NCBI GenBank assembly: GCA_030550155.1 | Contig: JAUQPZ010000018.1 | Span: 1-31,782, forward strand | From: Thermoproteota archaeon | GTDB lineage: Archaea > Thermoproteota > Nitrososphaeria_A > Caldarchaeales > Calditenuaceae | DNA: 31,782 nt | Direction of reading: 5' to 3' | Shown here: piece after piece, positions 23,517 to 31,782 of the stretch | How positions within the stretch are numbered: the stretch's first letter is position 1 | How the letters are laid out: each line of letters begins with the position of its first letter | Program-made: the position numbers and the translations under genes | The notes under the pieces: generated by a model | The model's database searches: none | The model's input: the letters and a program-made list of their open reading frames with translations, nothing else | What the model was told of the DNA's origin: nothing

Positions 23517-24902
23517 CTAGCGCCTCCTCTTCTTACCCCTGCTCCTCGCCCTTGACACCCAGAACAACGTCAACGTCGTGACAAGAATCACGAAAAAGGC
23601 CATCTCGACAGCCAGAGGTAAGATCTCAGATATTCCCGTAGATGGCTGGGGCTGCGGCGGTGGCTGCACAGAGCCTGACCCCACAACCTTCCCACCCATA
23701 ACCTCGAAACTTGCGACATCAAGCCTCATATCGTTGCCCCCGAGGTCCAAAGCTTGGACATAGACTCTTAAGGCGCCGTCACCGACGGGTACAGCCAATT
23801 CCGCGGTATAGATCTCACCTTCACGGGACATCTCTGTAGAGACCACCTGTGTGCCAAGAAGGGCTGCGGCCCTCGGATAGCCACTAGCCAGATCCTCATC
23901 AGGATCAGAGACTCTAGCCCTCACCTGAATTCTCTGACCATCACTGAGGACTTGAGCAGAGGCATCCGAGATTACGGGTGGTCTCGAGAGTGAGGCAACC
24001 AAGACTCTTTTTTCACTGGCATCCAGGAGCACAATGCTAGACGAGCCGCGCATTGCCGCGAGGAGAAATCTTACTTGAAGCTGCTCCTTAGACACCCTGT
24101 CGCCGCTAATCTCGACTAATATGTTCTCGATGCGTGAGAGAATAGCAAGCCTGTTAGATGGGAGCGCAAAAACATAATCGCCAAGACGAGCAGTGAAGCC
24201 CGTATTGACCCTAGCCTCGACGCCCCTTATCGATATACGTGTTACTCCTCCTTCAGGGTCGACAGCCCACACTTTACCTTCACGTGAAGCCAGCAGAACC
24301 GGTTTCTTCTCCATCCTAAACTCCTTGTACCCCTCACGCCCCAGCTCCACCACGAGCAAACTGCCCTCAGATGTCCGAAGCCAGACATATTCATCAGAGC
24401 CAGCCGCGACCCTGTTCCTCTCCAACACTTTATCCGCAATCATGTTCTCCCAGATAGCCTCACCCTTCGGAGTGAGCTGCACTAAGAGAGACATTGTCGG
24501 AAAACTCTTCACGAGTACAAAGCTGCCACTCACGGCGACAACGTCATCAATGAGTCCAGCCTCGGAAGACCTCCACGTAACGACGCTCCGAGCAGCGTCA
24601 ACGAAGGCAATTTCGGATGAGCCAGGCTGAAAAGCTGCAACAACGCCATGTGCGTAAACCAGGTCCGTCGCCTTAAACCCTAAGTCAACAATTCTCAACC
24701 CAGCCTCAGGAACATACCTGGCCACTGAGCCCTCCTCCGGAAGAGCAAGCCAAATGCCCCCCGCATCATCTACAACCATTGCACTCGGCTGAGACTCGAG
24801 AGGCGGATACTCGAACTCCTCAAGATACCTAACTCCAAGGCCTGGGATAGCCAGCAGGCTAAAAAGCAAGGTAAGCGTGGACAGCGTCGCGATGCGATGC
24901 AC
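23517..24902 (-). CDS. secreted, C-terminally membrane-anchored hypothetical protein (possible beta-propeller plus Ig-like domain)
   Basis: N-terminal signal-like MHRIATLSTLTLLFSLLAIPG. The motif W-x(4-5)-EG occurs three times (GGIWLALPEEGSVARY, EYVWLRTSEGSLLVVE, GKVWAVDPEGGVTRIS). The C-terminus has a Pro-rich linker PPPQPQP, a TM helix and a basic tail RARSRGKKRRR. The GTG start lies 26 nt from a minus-strand TTTATTATT box. Confidence 0.6.
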   Translation of the reverse strand: MHRIATLSTLTLLFSLLAIPGLGVRYLEEFEYPPLESQPSAMVVDDAGGIWLALPEEGSVARYVPEAGLRIVDLGFKATDLVYAHGVVAAFQPGSSEIAFVDAARSVVTWRSSEAGLIDDVVAVSGSFVLVKSFPTMSLLVQLTPKGEAIWENMIADKVLERNRVAAGSDEYVWLRTSEGSLLVVELGREGYKEFRMEKKPVLLASREGKVWAVDPEGGVTRISIRGVEARVNTGFTARLGDYVFALPSNRLAILSRIENILVEISGDRVSKEQLQVRFLLAAMRGSSSIVLLDASEKRVLVASLSRPPVISDASAQVLSDGQRIQVRARVSDPDEDLASGYPRAAALLGTQVVSTEMSREGEIYTAELAVPVGDGALRVYVQALDLGGNDMRLDVASFEVMGGKVVGSGSVQPPPQPQPSTGISEILPLAVEMAFFVILVTTLTLFWVSRARSRGKKRRR

Positions 24903-24923
24903 GCACTAAAGCTGGCACACGGC

Positions 24924-24932
24924 AATAATAAA
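24924..24932 (-). promoter_or_regulatory. TATA box (TTTATTATT on the minus strand) for the surface-protein gene
   Basis: Centred 26 nt upstream of GTG 24902. Confidence 0.4.
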
Positions 24933-24951
24933 CCTACGCAAAGAGGCATAG

Positions 24952-24958
24952 CTTAAAT
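24952..24958 (+). promoter_or_regulatory. TATA-like box (CTTAAAT) for the MDR dehydrogenase gene
   Basis: Centred about 27 nt upstream of GTG 24982. Confidence 0.35.
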
Positions 24959-24981
24959 CGACGCGCCATGAATGGGTTTTC

Positions 24982-26001
24982 GTGAAATCCGTTGTTATAG
25001 GCTCTGAGGGCTTCGAGATAGTTGAGTTAGAGACTCCGCAGCCGGGCCCAGGCGAGGTTCTGATCAAGATGCTTGCCTGCGGGCTATGTGGCACCGATGT
25101 TGAGAAGCTTGAGGGCAGGTATAAGGGCTCGAAGCCGGTCATAGGCCACGAGGCCGCGGGGATAGTGGCTGCGGTCGGAGAAGGCGTCACCAGCCTCAAA
25201 ATAGGGGAGGCGGTTGTCCCTCATCACCACGTAAACTGTGGCTCATGCTACTACTGCATCAAAGGCAGCCCTACCATGTGCCCAAGCTACAGAGAATACA
25301 ACTTCACACCCGGAGGCTTCTCCGAATACTTCATCGTCCCAAAATTCATCGTCGAGAGGAGAGGAATCCATAAAATACCACCCGGCCTAGACCCAATCCA
25401 CGCCTGCCTCACAGAGCCAACAGCCTGCATACTCCGCGCAATCAAGAGAATCGCCGTGGAGGAGCCGGAGTCCTATGCAGTCGTGGGGCTCGGCGCGATG
25501 GGGCTGACATTCACACAGATACTTAGATTGAATGGGGCGGAGCAGGTATTTGGTCTCGACATAAACCCCCTGCGCCTCGAGGTCGCCGAGAAATACGGAG
25601 CAACGCCGTTAAATCCATCAACAATAGACGCCGTGGAGAAAGTGAGGGACATGACGGGCGGCAGAGGCGTAGATGTCTCAATCATCGCGGCCGGCTCACC
25701 GTTAGCCCTCCCCCTAGGAATCAGACTCGCGAGGAGAGGGGGCCAAGTCCTGCTCTTCGCGGTTCCTCCACACGGCTCAACACTCCAACACGACATCAGC
25801 GACCTCATAGTCAGAGAAGTCACGATAATACCCAGTAACGCAGCAACCGACCGCGAGATGGCGGAGGCGCTAAACCTTATCGTAAACTCGAGGATAGACC
25901 TGAGAGGGCTGGTGACCCACAGCTACAGGATAGAGGAGTTCGAAGGGGCTTTGCGGACATTCAAGAACGGGGAGGGGATAAAAATCGTCATAACACCATG
26001 A
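24982..26001 (+). CDS. zinc-binding MDR dehydrogenase (threonine/sorbitol dehydrogenase-like)
   Basis: GLCGTDVEKL, GHEAAGIVAAVGEGV, a structural-Zn cluster CGSCYYCIKGSPTMC, and Rossmann VGLGAMGL; GTG start. Confidence 0.85.
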   Translation: MKSVVIGSEGFEIVELETPQPGPGEVLIKMLACGLCGTDVEKLEGRYKGSKPVIGHEAAGIVAAVGEGVTSLKIGEAVVPHHHVNCGSCYYCIKGSPTMCPSYREYNFTPGGFSEYFIVPKFIVERRGIHKIPPGLDPIHACLTEPTACILRAIKRIAVEEPESYAVVGLGAMGLTFTQILRLNGAEQVFGLDINPLRLEVAEKYGATPLNPSTIDAVEKVRDMTGGRGVDVSIIAAGSPLALPLGIRLARRGGQVLLFAVPPHGSTLQHDISDLIVREVTIIPSNAATDREMAEALNLIVNSRIDLRGLVTHSYRIEEFEGALRTFKNGEGIKIVITP

Positions 26002-26058
26002 CAGCCTCGCAGTCCCTGGGCTGATATGAATATTTAGCTCAGCCGGAGCCACCTCAAC

Positions 26059-27210
26059 ATGGTGAAGATAGTCTCAGTCATCCCAGCCAAGCACGGGTTG
26101 ACAGGCGCTTCGCTAGCTCTTGTCCACCTGCTTCTTGGCGTCGTTAGAAGGGCTAGAGGGGTGGTGAGAGTTACAGTGATAACATCGGCAGCGGCCCTCA
26201 GATATCCTGCCTTTAGGAGGCTGAGGCAGGCCGGCGCTGTCTGCCACGTGATGAATATCGACGGATATCCAAGCCCGCTTTACTGGCTCTTCCTAGCCTT
26301 GAGACTAGCCGTCTCGGGCAGACACGACATAGCCCACTTCAGCACACCCAAAACATTCCTACTCATGTATCCCTCAGCGCTGCTAGCGGCCAGGAGGAGG
26401 ATACTGACGCTCGAGGGCTACCCCCCCTACGAGCTTAAGGAAGCTGGATTCCGGGAGAGAGTGCTAGGCGTCATCTCCTGGATATTGGGACTCAAACTCG
26501 CTGACAGTGTAACAACATGCTCGCGGTGGCTCCAGAAGATTGTGGAGAGAACGCACGGCTATGGGGGAAAGCTCACGGCCGTCCACAACCCCATCGACCT
26601 CGAGAGGTTCAGTGGCCCGCCCGAAAGGGCCGCGGAGGGCCCGCTGGTGCTCGTCGCTAGGCTTCATAGGGTAAAGGGAGTAGATGTGGCTCTTAGGGCC
26701 TTGGCTCATCTGAAGGAGAAGACTGGGAGGGCGCCGCGGCTCCTGATCATCGGAGAGGGTGAGGAGGGGGAGAATTTAAGAAGGATGATGGATGATTTGG
26801 ACATATCGGGGAAAGTCGATTTTCTCGGGCACAGGTATGATGTCGAAGCCTTTATCAGAGAGGCGGGCATCGTTCTCGTCCCCTCGAGATACGAGCCTTT
26901 CGGAATGACAGCCGCCGAGGCTGGTGCCGCGGGGAAGCCTGTTATAGCCTCATCGACCGGCGGCTTAAAAGAGATAGTGGAGGACGGTGTCACGGGTTAC
27001 CTGTTCGAGCCCGATGATTACAGGGGGCTCGCCGAGAAGATTGAGAAACTGGTCTCTGACGCCGGGCTTAGGGAGAGGATGGGTGCGGCCGCTGCGAAAA
27101 GGGTGGCCGGGATGTTTGCCCCAGAGGTTGTCGCTGCGGAGTTGCTGAGGGTTTATCTAAGCGTCCTCAGAGAGCCAGCCCGCCGCCCAGAGCCCATTGC
27201 GCGTACCTAG
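26059..27210 (+). CDS. glycosyltransferase family 4 (GT-B, Glycos_transf_1)
   Basis: C-terminal core SRYEPFGMTAAEAGAAGKPVIASSTGGLKEIVEDGVTGYL (EX7E-type region). Confidence 0.85.
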   Translation: MVKIVSVIPAKHGLTGASLALVHLLLGVVRRARGVVRVTVITSAAALRYPAFRRLRQAGAVCHVMNIDGYPSPLYWLFLALRLAVSGRHDIAHFSTPKTFLLMYPSALLAARRRILTLEGYPPYELKEAGFRERVLGVISWILGLKLADSVTTCSRWLQKIVERTHGYGGKLTAVHNPIDLERFSGPPERAAEGPLVLVARLHRVKGVDVALRALAHLKEKTGRAPRLLIIGEGEEGENLRRMMDDLDISGKVDFLGHRYDVEAFIREAGIVLVPSRYEPFGMTAAEAGAAGKPVIASSTGGLKEIVEDGVTGYLFEPDDYRGLAEKIEKLVSDAGLRERMGAAAAKRVAGMFAPEVVAAELLRVYLSVLREPARRPEPIART

Positions 27211-28126
27211 CTACCATCTCCTCAACGTTTATCTTCGGGCTCCATCCCAAGAGTTCACGAGCTCTTGAATTGTCCGAATAACTCAACAGCGACTCGTGAG
27301 GCAGAAGCTCCCTCTCGAGTATTGGAACCCTCCTGCCGAGGCTCTCCATCATTAGCTCCGCTATCCGCCTGACGCTGACCGGCCGGCCGAATCCGATGTT
27401 GATGACATCAAACCCGTCAATCCTCTCGCCTACGCGGAGAGTCCCCTCTACTGCGTCGGAGATATATGTGAAATCCCTCTCGGCAGACCTGAAAACCCCT
27501 CCTACAGTCCTGCCGTTGACCTCGACCGGCTCACCCCTCAGAATCCTCTCAGCAAATACCCTGAAGACGATATTCCTCCTGCACCTCTCACCCACGACGT
27601 TGAAGTATCGGACTACTGGGCATCTGAGACCGTATTCCTCGCTATACATCTCGCAGAGCCGTTCACCCATCAGCTTGCTTAGTGCATAGGGGCCTCTGGG
27701 CCTGGGGGGCATGTCCTCCCTCAGTGGCGGGGGGTTGTCGCCATAGACGCTGCTACTTGATGAAAAGACGATTTTCGGAGATGGCTCCGTTGCGCGCGCC
27801 GCCTCGAGAACGGTTAAGACCGTGTTGTAGTTGTTGTGAAGATAGGTGTATGGGTCTTGCATGCTGAGCCTATGAGAGGCTATCGCGGCCAGATGATAGA
27901 CTATGGGGGGCTGATGTGTTTTGAGGAGGGTTTTCACGGCCTCTAAGCTGCCAACGTCCAACCGAGCTATTCGGAGCCTCCCCGATTGGCTATATCTGAG
28001 AAGATAGCTGAGGTTGTCCTCCGAGGGTGGTGCAAGCCCTACGGCGACAACCTCCTCACCGGCTTTAATTAAATGCTCTACAACGTGGCTGCCTATGAAC
28101 CCGAAGGCCCCGGTTACGATAATCAT
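27167..28126 (-). CDS. NAD-dependent nucleotide-sugar epimerase/dehydratase (extended SDR)
   Basis: MIIVTGAFGFIGSH (GxxGxxG) and the catalytic YALSK. ATG at 28126 is preferred because a TTTTTTA box on the minus strand (about 28157-28167) would place the transcript start downstream of the track start at 28144. Confidence 0.85.
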   Translation of the reverse strand: MIIVTGAFGFIGSHVVEHLIKAGEEVVAVGLAPPSEDNLSYLLRYSQSGRLRIARLDVGSLEAVKTLLKTHQPPIVYHLAAIASHRLSMQDPYTYLHNNYNTVLTVLEAARATEPSPKIVFSSSSSVYGDNPPPLREDMPPRPRGPYALSKLMGERLCEMYSEEYGLRCPVVRYFNVVGERCRRNIVFRVFAERILRGEPVEVNGRTVGGVFRSAERDFTYISDAVEGTLRVGERIDGFDVINIGFGRPVSVRRIAELMMESLGRRVPILERELLPHESLLSYSDNSRARELLGWSPKINVEEMVARYAQWALGGGLAL

Positions 28127-28225
28127 CCCACAGGAGAGGAGCATCAGAGGGCCGCTAAAAAACTTGAGCGCCCCCGGACACAGCCGCGGGGCAGGTCGCA
28201 GGGCCCGCGAGTCCCCTTAGACTCA

Positions 28226-29674
28226 CTACTCCGCCTGGGTTATCACGAGCCTCTTAGCCTCATCCACCGCCCTACGCGCCAGCTGCCTCGAGTCCCTGTC
28301 TATGAGGAGAAGGGTCGCGAAGTATATGGCTGCCCCCGCGGCTATAGAGGCTAAAGTCTGGAGGCTGCCGCGGGGATTTAACAGGGTTAGAGCAGCCGCC
28401 ATGATGGCTGATGCGACGGTGGCCTTCTCTAGCCCATGGAGCACAGTTGTCAGACGCGCCACCCTCGAGTAGAGCATGCACATGGGAGCGAGACTCAGAG
28501 CCGACGCGGCTAGACGGGCTATCGCCGCGCCCATTATTCCGAGACGCCCGACAGACAAAACCGTCACCGAAACGAGAGTTGCTAGTTGAAGATAGCCCGG
28601 CAGCTGAGTCGTGAAGAGGGTTGTTCTGAGCAGACTCAAACCAGAGGCCCCCCTATCAGCCTTCTCTAATCCTGTGATTACAGTCCTCATGGTCAGTGAG
28701 ACCAGCCCCAAGGCCGGAGAGAAGACAAGGATAGGCAGTAGAGGCGCCGCAGGAAGGTATCTTGTCCCGAAGATTTCCACCAGCTGGGTTGACAAGACTA
28801 TGCCGCCCACGATCATCGGTGTGACGAAGATGTGCTGGAACTTGAAGAGAGATTTGAGCTCGCTCTCCGATGCGGCTCCCGCCTTAAGCAGTTTGGGGTA
28901 GATGGCCCCTGTCAAGCCCTTCGCTGTTCCGACGACGCTCGATATAGCCAGGCCTATTCCATAGTGCGAGAGGTCTGTGGCTGAGAGCATAACACCCACT
29001 ATTAGGGCGTCGACGGCCATCGAGAGGTAGCTTATGAGGTTCTCATGAAGGGGGAGCCAGATTCTCTTCAGGCTCACTCTGAGCCACGAGACGTCGAAGC
29101 TGTCGCGAAGATACTGTCGAGAGACTCCGTAGAGGTAGCCCGTGTAGACGATGTTCCCTATTATAACCGCTGTAATCACGCCTTCGAGCCCTATGGGTAG
29201 TAGGGCGAGTGAGAGGGGTATCTTGACCCCGTCTATAATTATTGTTCTGGGGCCGAGTTTGTGGGGGGCCGTGCTGTATGTGACGGATGTGAGGGCGGCT
29301 GTCGCATAATAGACGGGTATGAAGATCGATGCGAGAATGAAGACGCGCGGCTCCGAGACTATGGCGGCTGAGAGAGTGTTTGAGAGCAGAATGAATATTA
29401 GGGTTATTGGTATCGATATCAGGAGGTTGAATTGGAGCGTCGTCCTACCGACTATGCGCCCTCTCGGTATATCGCGCCCAGCCCAGTAGGGCACTGCCTT
29501 CTCCAGTATCTGGAAGTATGGGATTACGCTACCGATGAAAAACCAGACACCGAGGGCCGCGGGCTGAAGATTGCGGGCTATCAATACGTTAAAGATTAGC
29601 CCTGTGAGAAGCGTGACGAGGTTGCCAACGAACAGGAGAATGCCGCTGAACCGTACCCTGATGCTTCCCGACAA
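28226..29674 (-). CDS. polysaccharide/oligosaccharide flippase (MOP superfamily, Wzx/RfbX-like)
   Basis: 482 aa, about 12-14 predicted TM segments, with a family-typical N-terminus (FSGILLFVGNLVTLLTGLIFNVLIARNL). TTG start. Confidence 0.8.
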   Translation of the reverse strand: MSGSIRVRFSGILLFVGNLVTLLTGLIFNVLIARNLQPAALGVWFFIGSVIPYFQILEKAVPYWAGRDIPRGRIVGRTTLQFNLLISIPITLIFILLSNTLSAAIVSEPRVFILASIFIPVYYATAALTSVTYSTAPHKLGPRTIIIDGVKIPLSLALLPIGLEGVITAVIIGNIVYTGYLYGVSRQYLRDSFDVSWLRVSLKRIWLPLHENLISYLSMAVDALIVGVMLSATDLSHYGIGLAISSVVGTAKGLTGAIYPKLLKAGAASESELKSLFKFQHIFVTPMIVGGIVLSTQLVEIFGTRYLPAAPLLPILVFSPALGLVSLTMRTVITGLEKADRGASGLSLLRTTLFTTQLPGYLQLATLVSVTVLSVGRLGIMGAAIARLAASALSLAPMCMLYSRVARLTTVLHGLEKATVASAIMAAALTLLNPRGSLQTLASIAAGAAIYFATLLLIDRDSRQLARRAVDEAKRLVITQAE

Positions 29675-29712
29675 GACTCAGCCTTATTTCCGTCAAAGGT
29701 ATCTAAAAAGCT

Positions 29713-30393
29713 GTGTTTTGCTCTTATCTGGATTTGTTTAATAATGGCTTTAGTAACTTAGTCTGTTTGTGGTCATGTATGGGCCTTCTTGAAGGTTTAG
29801 TGGCGAGCAGGTTCAGTATGTTTGTGAGCGAGTTAGAAGAGGGTCTGAACTGTGTGCTGGATGTGGGATGTAGGTTTGGATGGGCTGGGCATTTGCTGGC
29901 GTCTATCGCCGGTAAACCTTTGAAGATAACTGGGTTGGATATTTATGAGCCATATTTGGAGAAGTTGGCCGCAATGAGCAAGATGTATGACTTAGTCAAA
30001 ATAGACTTAGAGACTGATCCCATACCGTTGCCTGATGAATCGGTTGATATTGCCATGGCTATAGAGTTTTTAGAACATTTGAGCAAGGCCGCGGGCTATA
30101 GGCTCGTCAAGGAGATGGAGAGAGTTACTCGCAGAGGAGGTTTTGTTTATCTCACGACGCCGAACGGCTTCGCCCAAACACATGGACGGGCAGCTCATTT
30201 AACTCACAAGTCGGGATGGACTATACATGAGCTTAAAAGACTAGGCTTTGAGGTGAGAGGTTACGGCTTTCCATTAAGAAGAAGGGCTGGCGGGATTTCA
30301 CGGCTTGTTTCAAATATTGATTTCGCTTGGACAAGCCTTTCCAGAATCATTCCAAGCGTCAGTTATGGGCTAGAGGCTTGGAAGAAACGATGA
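29713..30393 (+). CDS. class I SAM-dependent methyltransferase
   Basis: Motif I VLDVGCRFGW, an acidic post-I residue (GLDIYE), a motif II/III region VDIAMAIEFLEHL, and FVYLTTPN. The start is uncertain: GTG 29713, ATG 29779 or ATG 29818. Confidence 0.7.
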   Translation: MFCSYLDLFNNGFSNLVCLWSCMGLLEGLVASRFSMFVSELEEGLNCVLDVGCRFGWAGHLLASIAGKPLKITGLDIYEPYLEKLAAMSKMYDLVKIDLETDPIPLPDESVDIAMAIEFLEHLSKAAGYRLVKEMERVTRRGGFVYLTTPNGFAQTHGRAAHLTHKSGWTIHELKRLGFEVRGYGFPLRRRAGGISRLVSNIDFAWTSLSRIIPSVSYGLEAWKKR

Positions 30394-30428
30394 TATAATA
30401 GAAGAAGAGGGGGCTTTTGAGCTGTTAC

Positions 30429-31514
30429 ATGACGCTTAGACTCGCCACGGCTGTTTCGGCGTATCCGTTCTATAACTTCCGCTATCTTAAGCTTCTACAC
30501 GAGTTTTCTAAAAGGTTTGTAGTTTACTGTTTTGCTGGGTCGATGCCGAAGGGTTCTGCTGTAGCTCCTATGAGGCCGGCTTATGTCCGCCATGTTTTGC
30601 CCTTCACTCTCCCGAGACGAGTGACATATAGGGTTTGGCCCTATCTAAGCGAGCTTTGGATTAATGCTGTGGAGCATGATGTTGTCTGGCTTTTTGACAC
30701 CGCTGCACCTATGCATCCGCTTTTATTCCGAAGGCCTGTGGTGGTGGATGCTGAGGATTCTGTTCTGGTTTTGCCGCAGCAGACGACAGCTAGAAAAACG
30801 TATTTTTCGAGGTTTAATGAATACAGGGTTTTGAGAAATAGAAGAGTTGCTAAGATAGTTGTTACTACCGAGATTATTCGAAAGAAGTTAATGAAACTCG
30901 GATTAGAAGGGGAAAAGATTGAGGTGATTCCATACGGCGTCGATACAAAGCTGTTTAGGCCTACGTCTTTGCCAGATGTGCCTGTCGTTCTTTACTATGG
31001 CACGTTTCAACCTCATAGGTCTAGGCTGTTGTTGGAGTTTGTGAGGATGCTCAGCCAGATGAGGAGTGATGTGAAGTTCCTGTTGATAGGTGATATTCCA
31101 CCAGCTGTTAGGCGGCGTTTAATAGAGTATGCTGGCGCGAGGGTTGAGATGCCGGGCTTCATACCCCACGACCAGCTGCCGAGATGGCTTCAGAAAGCGC
31201 GGGTATGCATCCTTCCACAAGATGAATCACTTGGCGGAAGACTATCTTTCAAGCTTTTGGAGTATATGGCGGCGGGGAGGCCTGTTGTCGCAACCGACGT
31301 CGACGAATCATTCCCCATCAAAGAGTCTGGAGCCGGGATTATAACGCCCGTGGAGCCCAAGGCCATGGCGGAAGCCGTCGTCAAGCTGCTCGACGACCGG
31401 CCGCTATGCGAGAGGCTCGCCTTGAAAGGCGTTGAATATGCTGCTAGGTTCGACTGGGAGAGAATGGTGGCAGAATACGTGAGGGTGCTGCAGGAAGCGG
31501 CTAGCCATAGATAG
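30429..31514 (+). CDS. glycosyltransferase family 4 (GT-B, Glycos_transf_1)
   Basis: C-terminal core FKLLEYMAAGRPVVATDVDESFPIKESGAGIITP. ATG at 30429 is preferred over the track TTG at 30417. Confidence 0.8.
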   Translation: MTLRLATAVSAYPFYNFRYLKLLHEFSKRFVVYCFAGSMPKGSAVAPMRPAYVRHVLPFTLPRRVTYRVWPYLSELWINAVEHDVVWLFDTAAPMHPLLFRRPVVVDAEDSVLVLPQQTTARKTYFSRFNEYRVLRNRRVAKIVVTTEIIRKKLMKLGLEGEKIEVIPYGVDTKLFRPTSLPDVPVVLYYGTFQPHRSRLLLEFVRMLSQMRSDVKFLLIGDIPPAVRRRLIEYAGARVEMPGFIPHDQLPRWLQKARVCILPQDESLGGRLSFKLLEYMAAGRPVVATDVDESFPIKESGAGIITPVEPKAMAEAVVKLLDDRPLCERLALKGVEYAARFDWERMVAEYVRVLQEAASHR

Positions 31515-31782
31515 AATTATTGCTGTTCCAATGTTTTTGGAGCCTGTGATGAAACTTTATAAACGCCAATATAACGTAATAACCTGATATTGTTGCTTAC
31601 TAAGCTGAGGGCTTACGTGCATGCTTATAAAGTTGCCAAAGCCAGTTGCCGGAACTATTTTAAACTACTGCTCTACGCTGTTCTGAGAAGAGAAGCCATC
31701 TTCCACATGAGGAAGGGAGGGAGCATCAGAGCAAATGGCAGGACTCTTTTGAAATGTCTTGTACGCTTTCCTCGTCTTAGGG

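Noticed and set aside
31541-31613. C/D-box sRNA-like arrangement downstream of the last GT4 gene. It has terminal stem AGCC/GGCT, C box GTGATGA (31546-31552) and D box CTGA (31605-31608).
   Set aside because: The internal D'/C' boxes are poor (GCCA; TGATATT) and separated by a 16-nt loop. The C-to-D spacing of 52 nt is longer than the usual archaeal layout. The putative 12-nt guides (AACTTTATAAAC, and a 13-nt GTTGCTTACTAAG) are very A/T-rich, which makes them unlikely to target GC-rich hyperthermophile rRNA. Small-RNA-seq or Snoscan against the rRNAs would settle it.
31676-31782. A minus-strand open frame running off the 3' edge (...LRRGKRTRHFKRVLPFALMLPPFLMWKMASLLRTA, stop at 31673-31675).
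   Set aside because: Only 35 codons are visible, with no recognisable motif, in an A/T-rich region. I cannot tell the C-terminus of a real gene from chance.
1-31782. A scan for CRISPR arrays, tandem or long direct repeats, IS elements/transposases, integrases, toxin-antitoxin pairs and known defence-gene signatures.
   Set aside because: By eye I found no regularly spaced repeats, no terminal inverted repeats flanking an ORF, and no DDE/tyrosine-recombinase, Cas, restriction-methylase or abortive-infection motifs. The only nuclease-fold protein is the Hjc-like resolvase. A computational repeat and HMM scan would be needed to exclude short or degenerate elements.

Overview
This is a dense chromosomal segment that reads as a hyperthermophilic crenarchaeon. 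Thermoproteota, Thermofilum/Thermoproteales-like, is an inference, not a database result. Supporting signs: roughly 55-60% GC over most of the window; A/T-rich TATA boxes about 25-30 nt upstream of many start codons (leaderless style); GGAGG-type SD sequences only before operon-internal genes; many GTG/TTG starts. Archaeal marker genes are present: RpoP, aEF-1beta, Hjc, the A-ATPase proteolipid, a DPS-like ferritin and an intron-containing tRNA-Leu. Gene order: (1) a housekeeping block at 1-3.9 kb (UPF0201 fragment, dTMP kinase, 2H phosphoesterase, p27-like Zn-ribbon, HAD hydrolase, RpoP, DPSL ferritin, tRNA-Leu). (2) A sugar/polyol redox cluster at 3.9-13.6 kb (Zn-ADH, ROK kinase, DUF1801, three tandem Gfo/Idh/MocA genes, a GlcF-like Fe-S protein plus TIM-barrel isomerase, a GlcD-like flavoprotein). 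(3) A solitary A-ATPase c-subunit, Bcp peroxiredoxin, SDR, Hjc-like resolvase, a small membrane protein and an MFS transporter. (4) A BMP-type ABC transporter with a divergent binding protein. (5) A Zn-ribbon/aEF-1beta pair and a membrane-anchored secreted protein. (6) A glycosylation island at 26-31.5 kb (GT4, epimerase, Wzx-like flippase, methyltransferase, GT4) whose last two genes have clearly lower GC. I saw no rRNA, CRISPR array, transposase/integrase or recognisable defence genes. I do not see an unambiguous new system. The best candidates for follow-up are the composite polyol/inositol-like oxidation cluster with a degenerate Gfo/Idh/MocA subunit, the tRNA-Leu with a non-canonical intron, the Hjc-like ORF that runs about 200 nt into the next gene, the uncharacterised surface protein, and the low-GC end of the glycosylation island.
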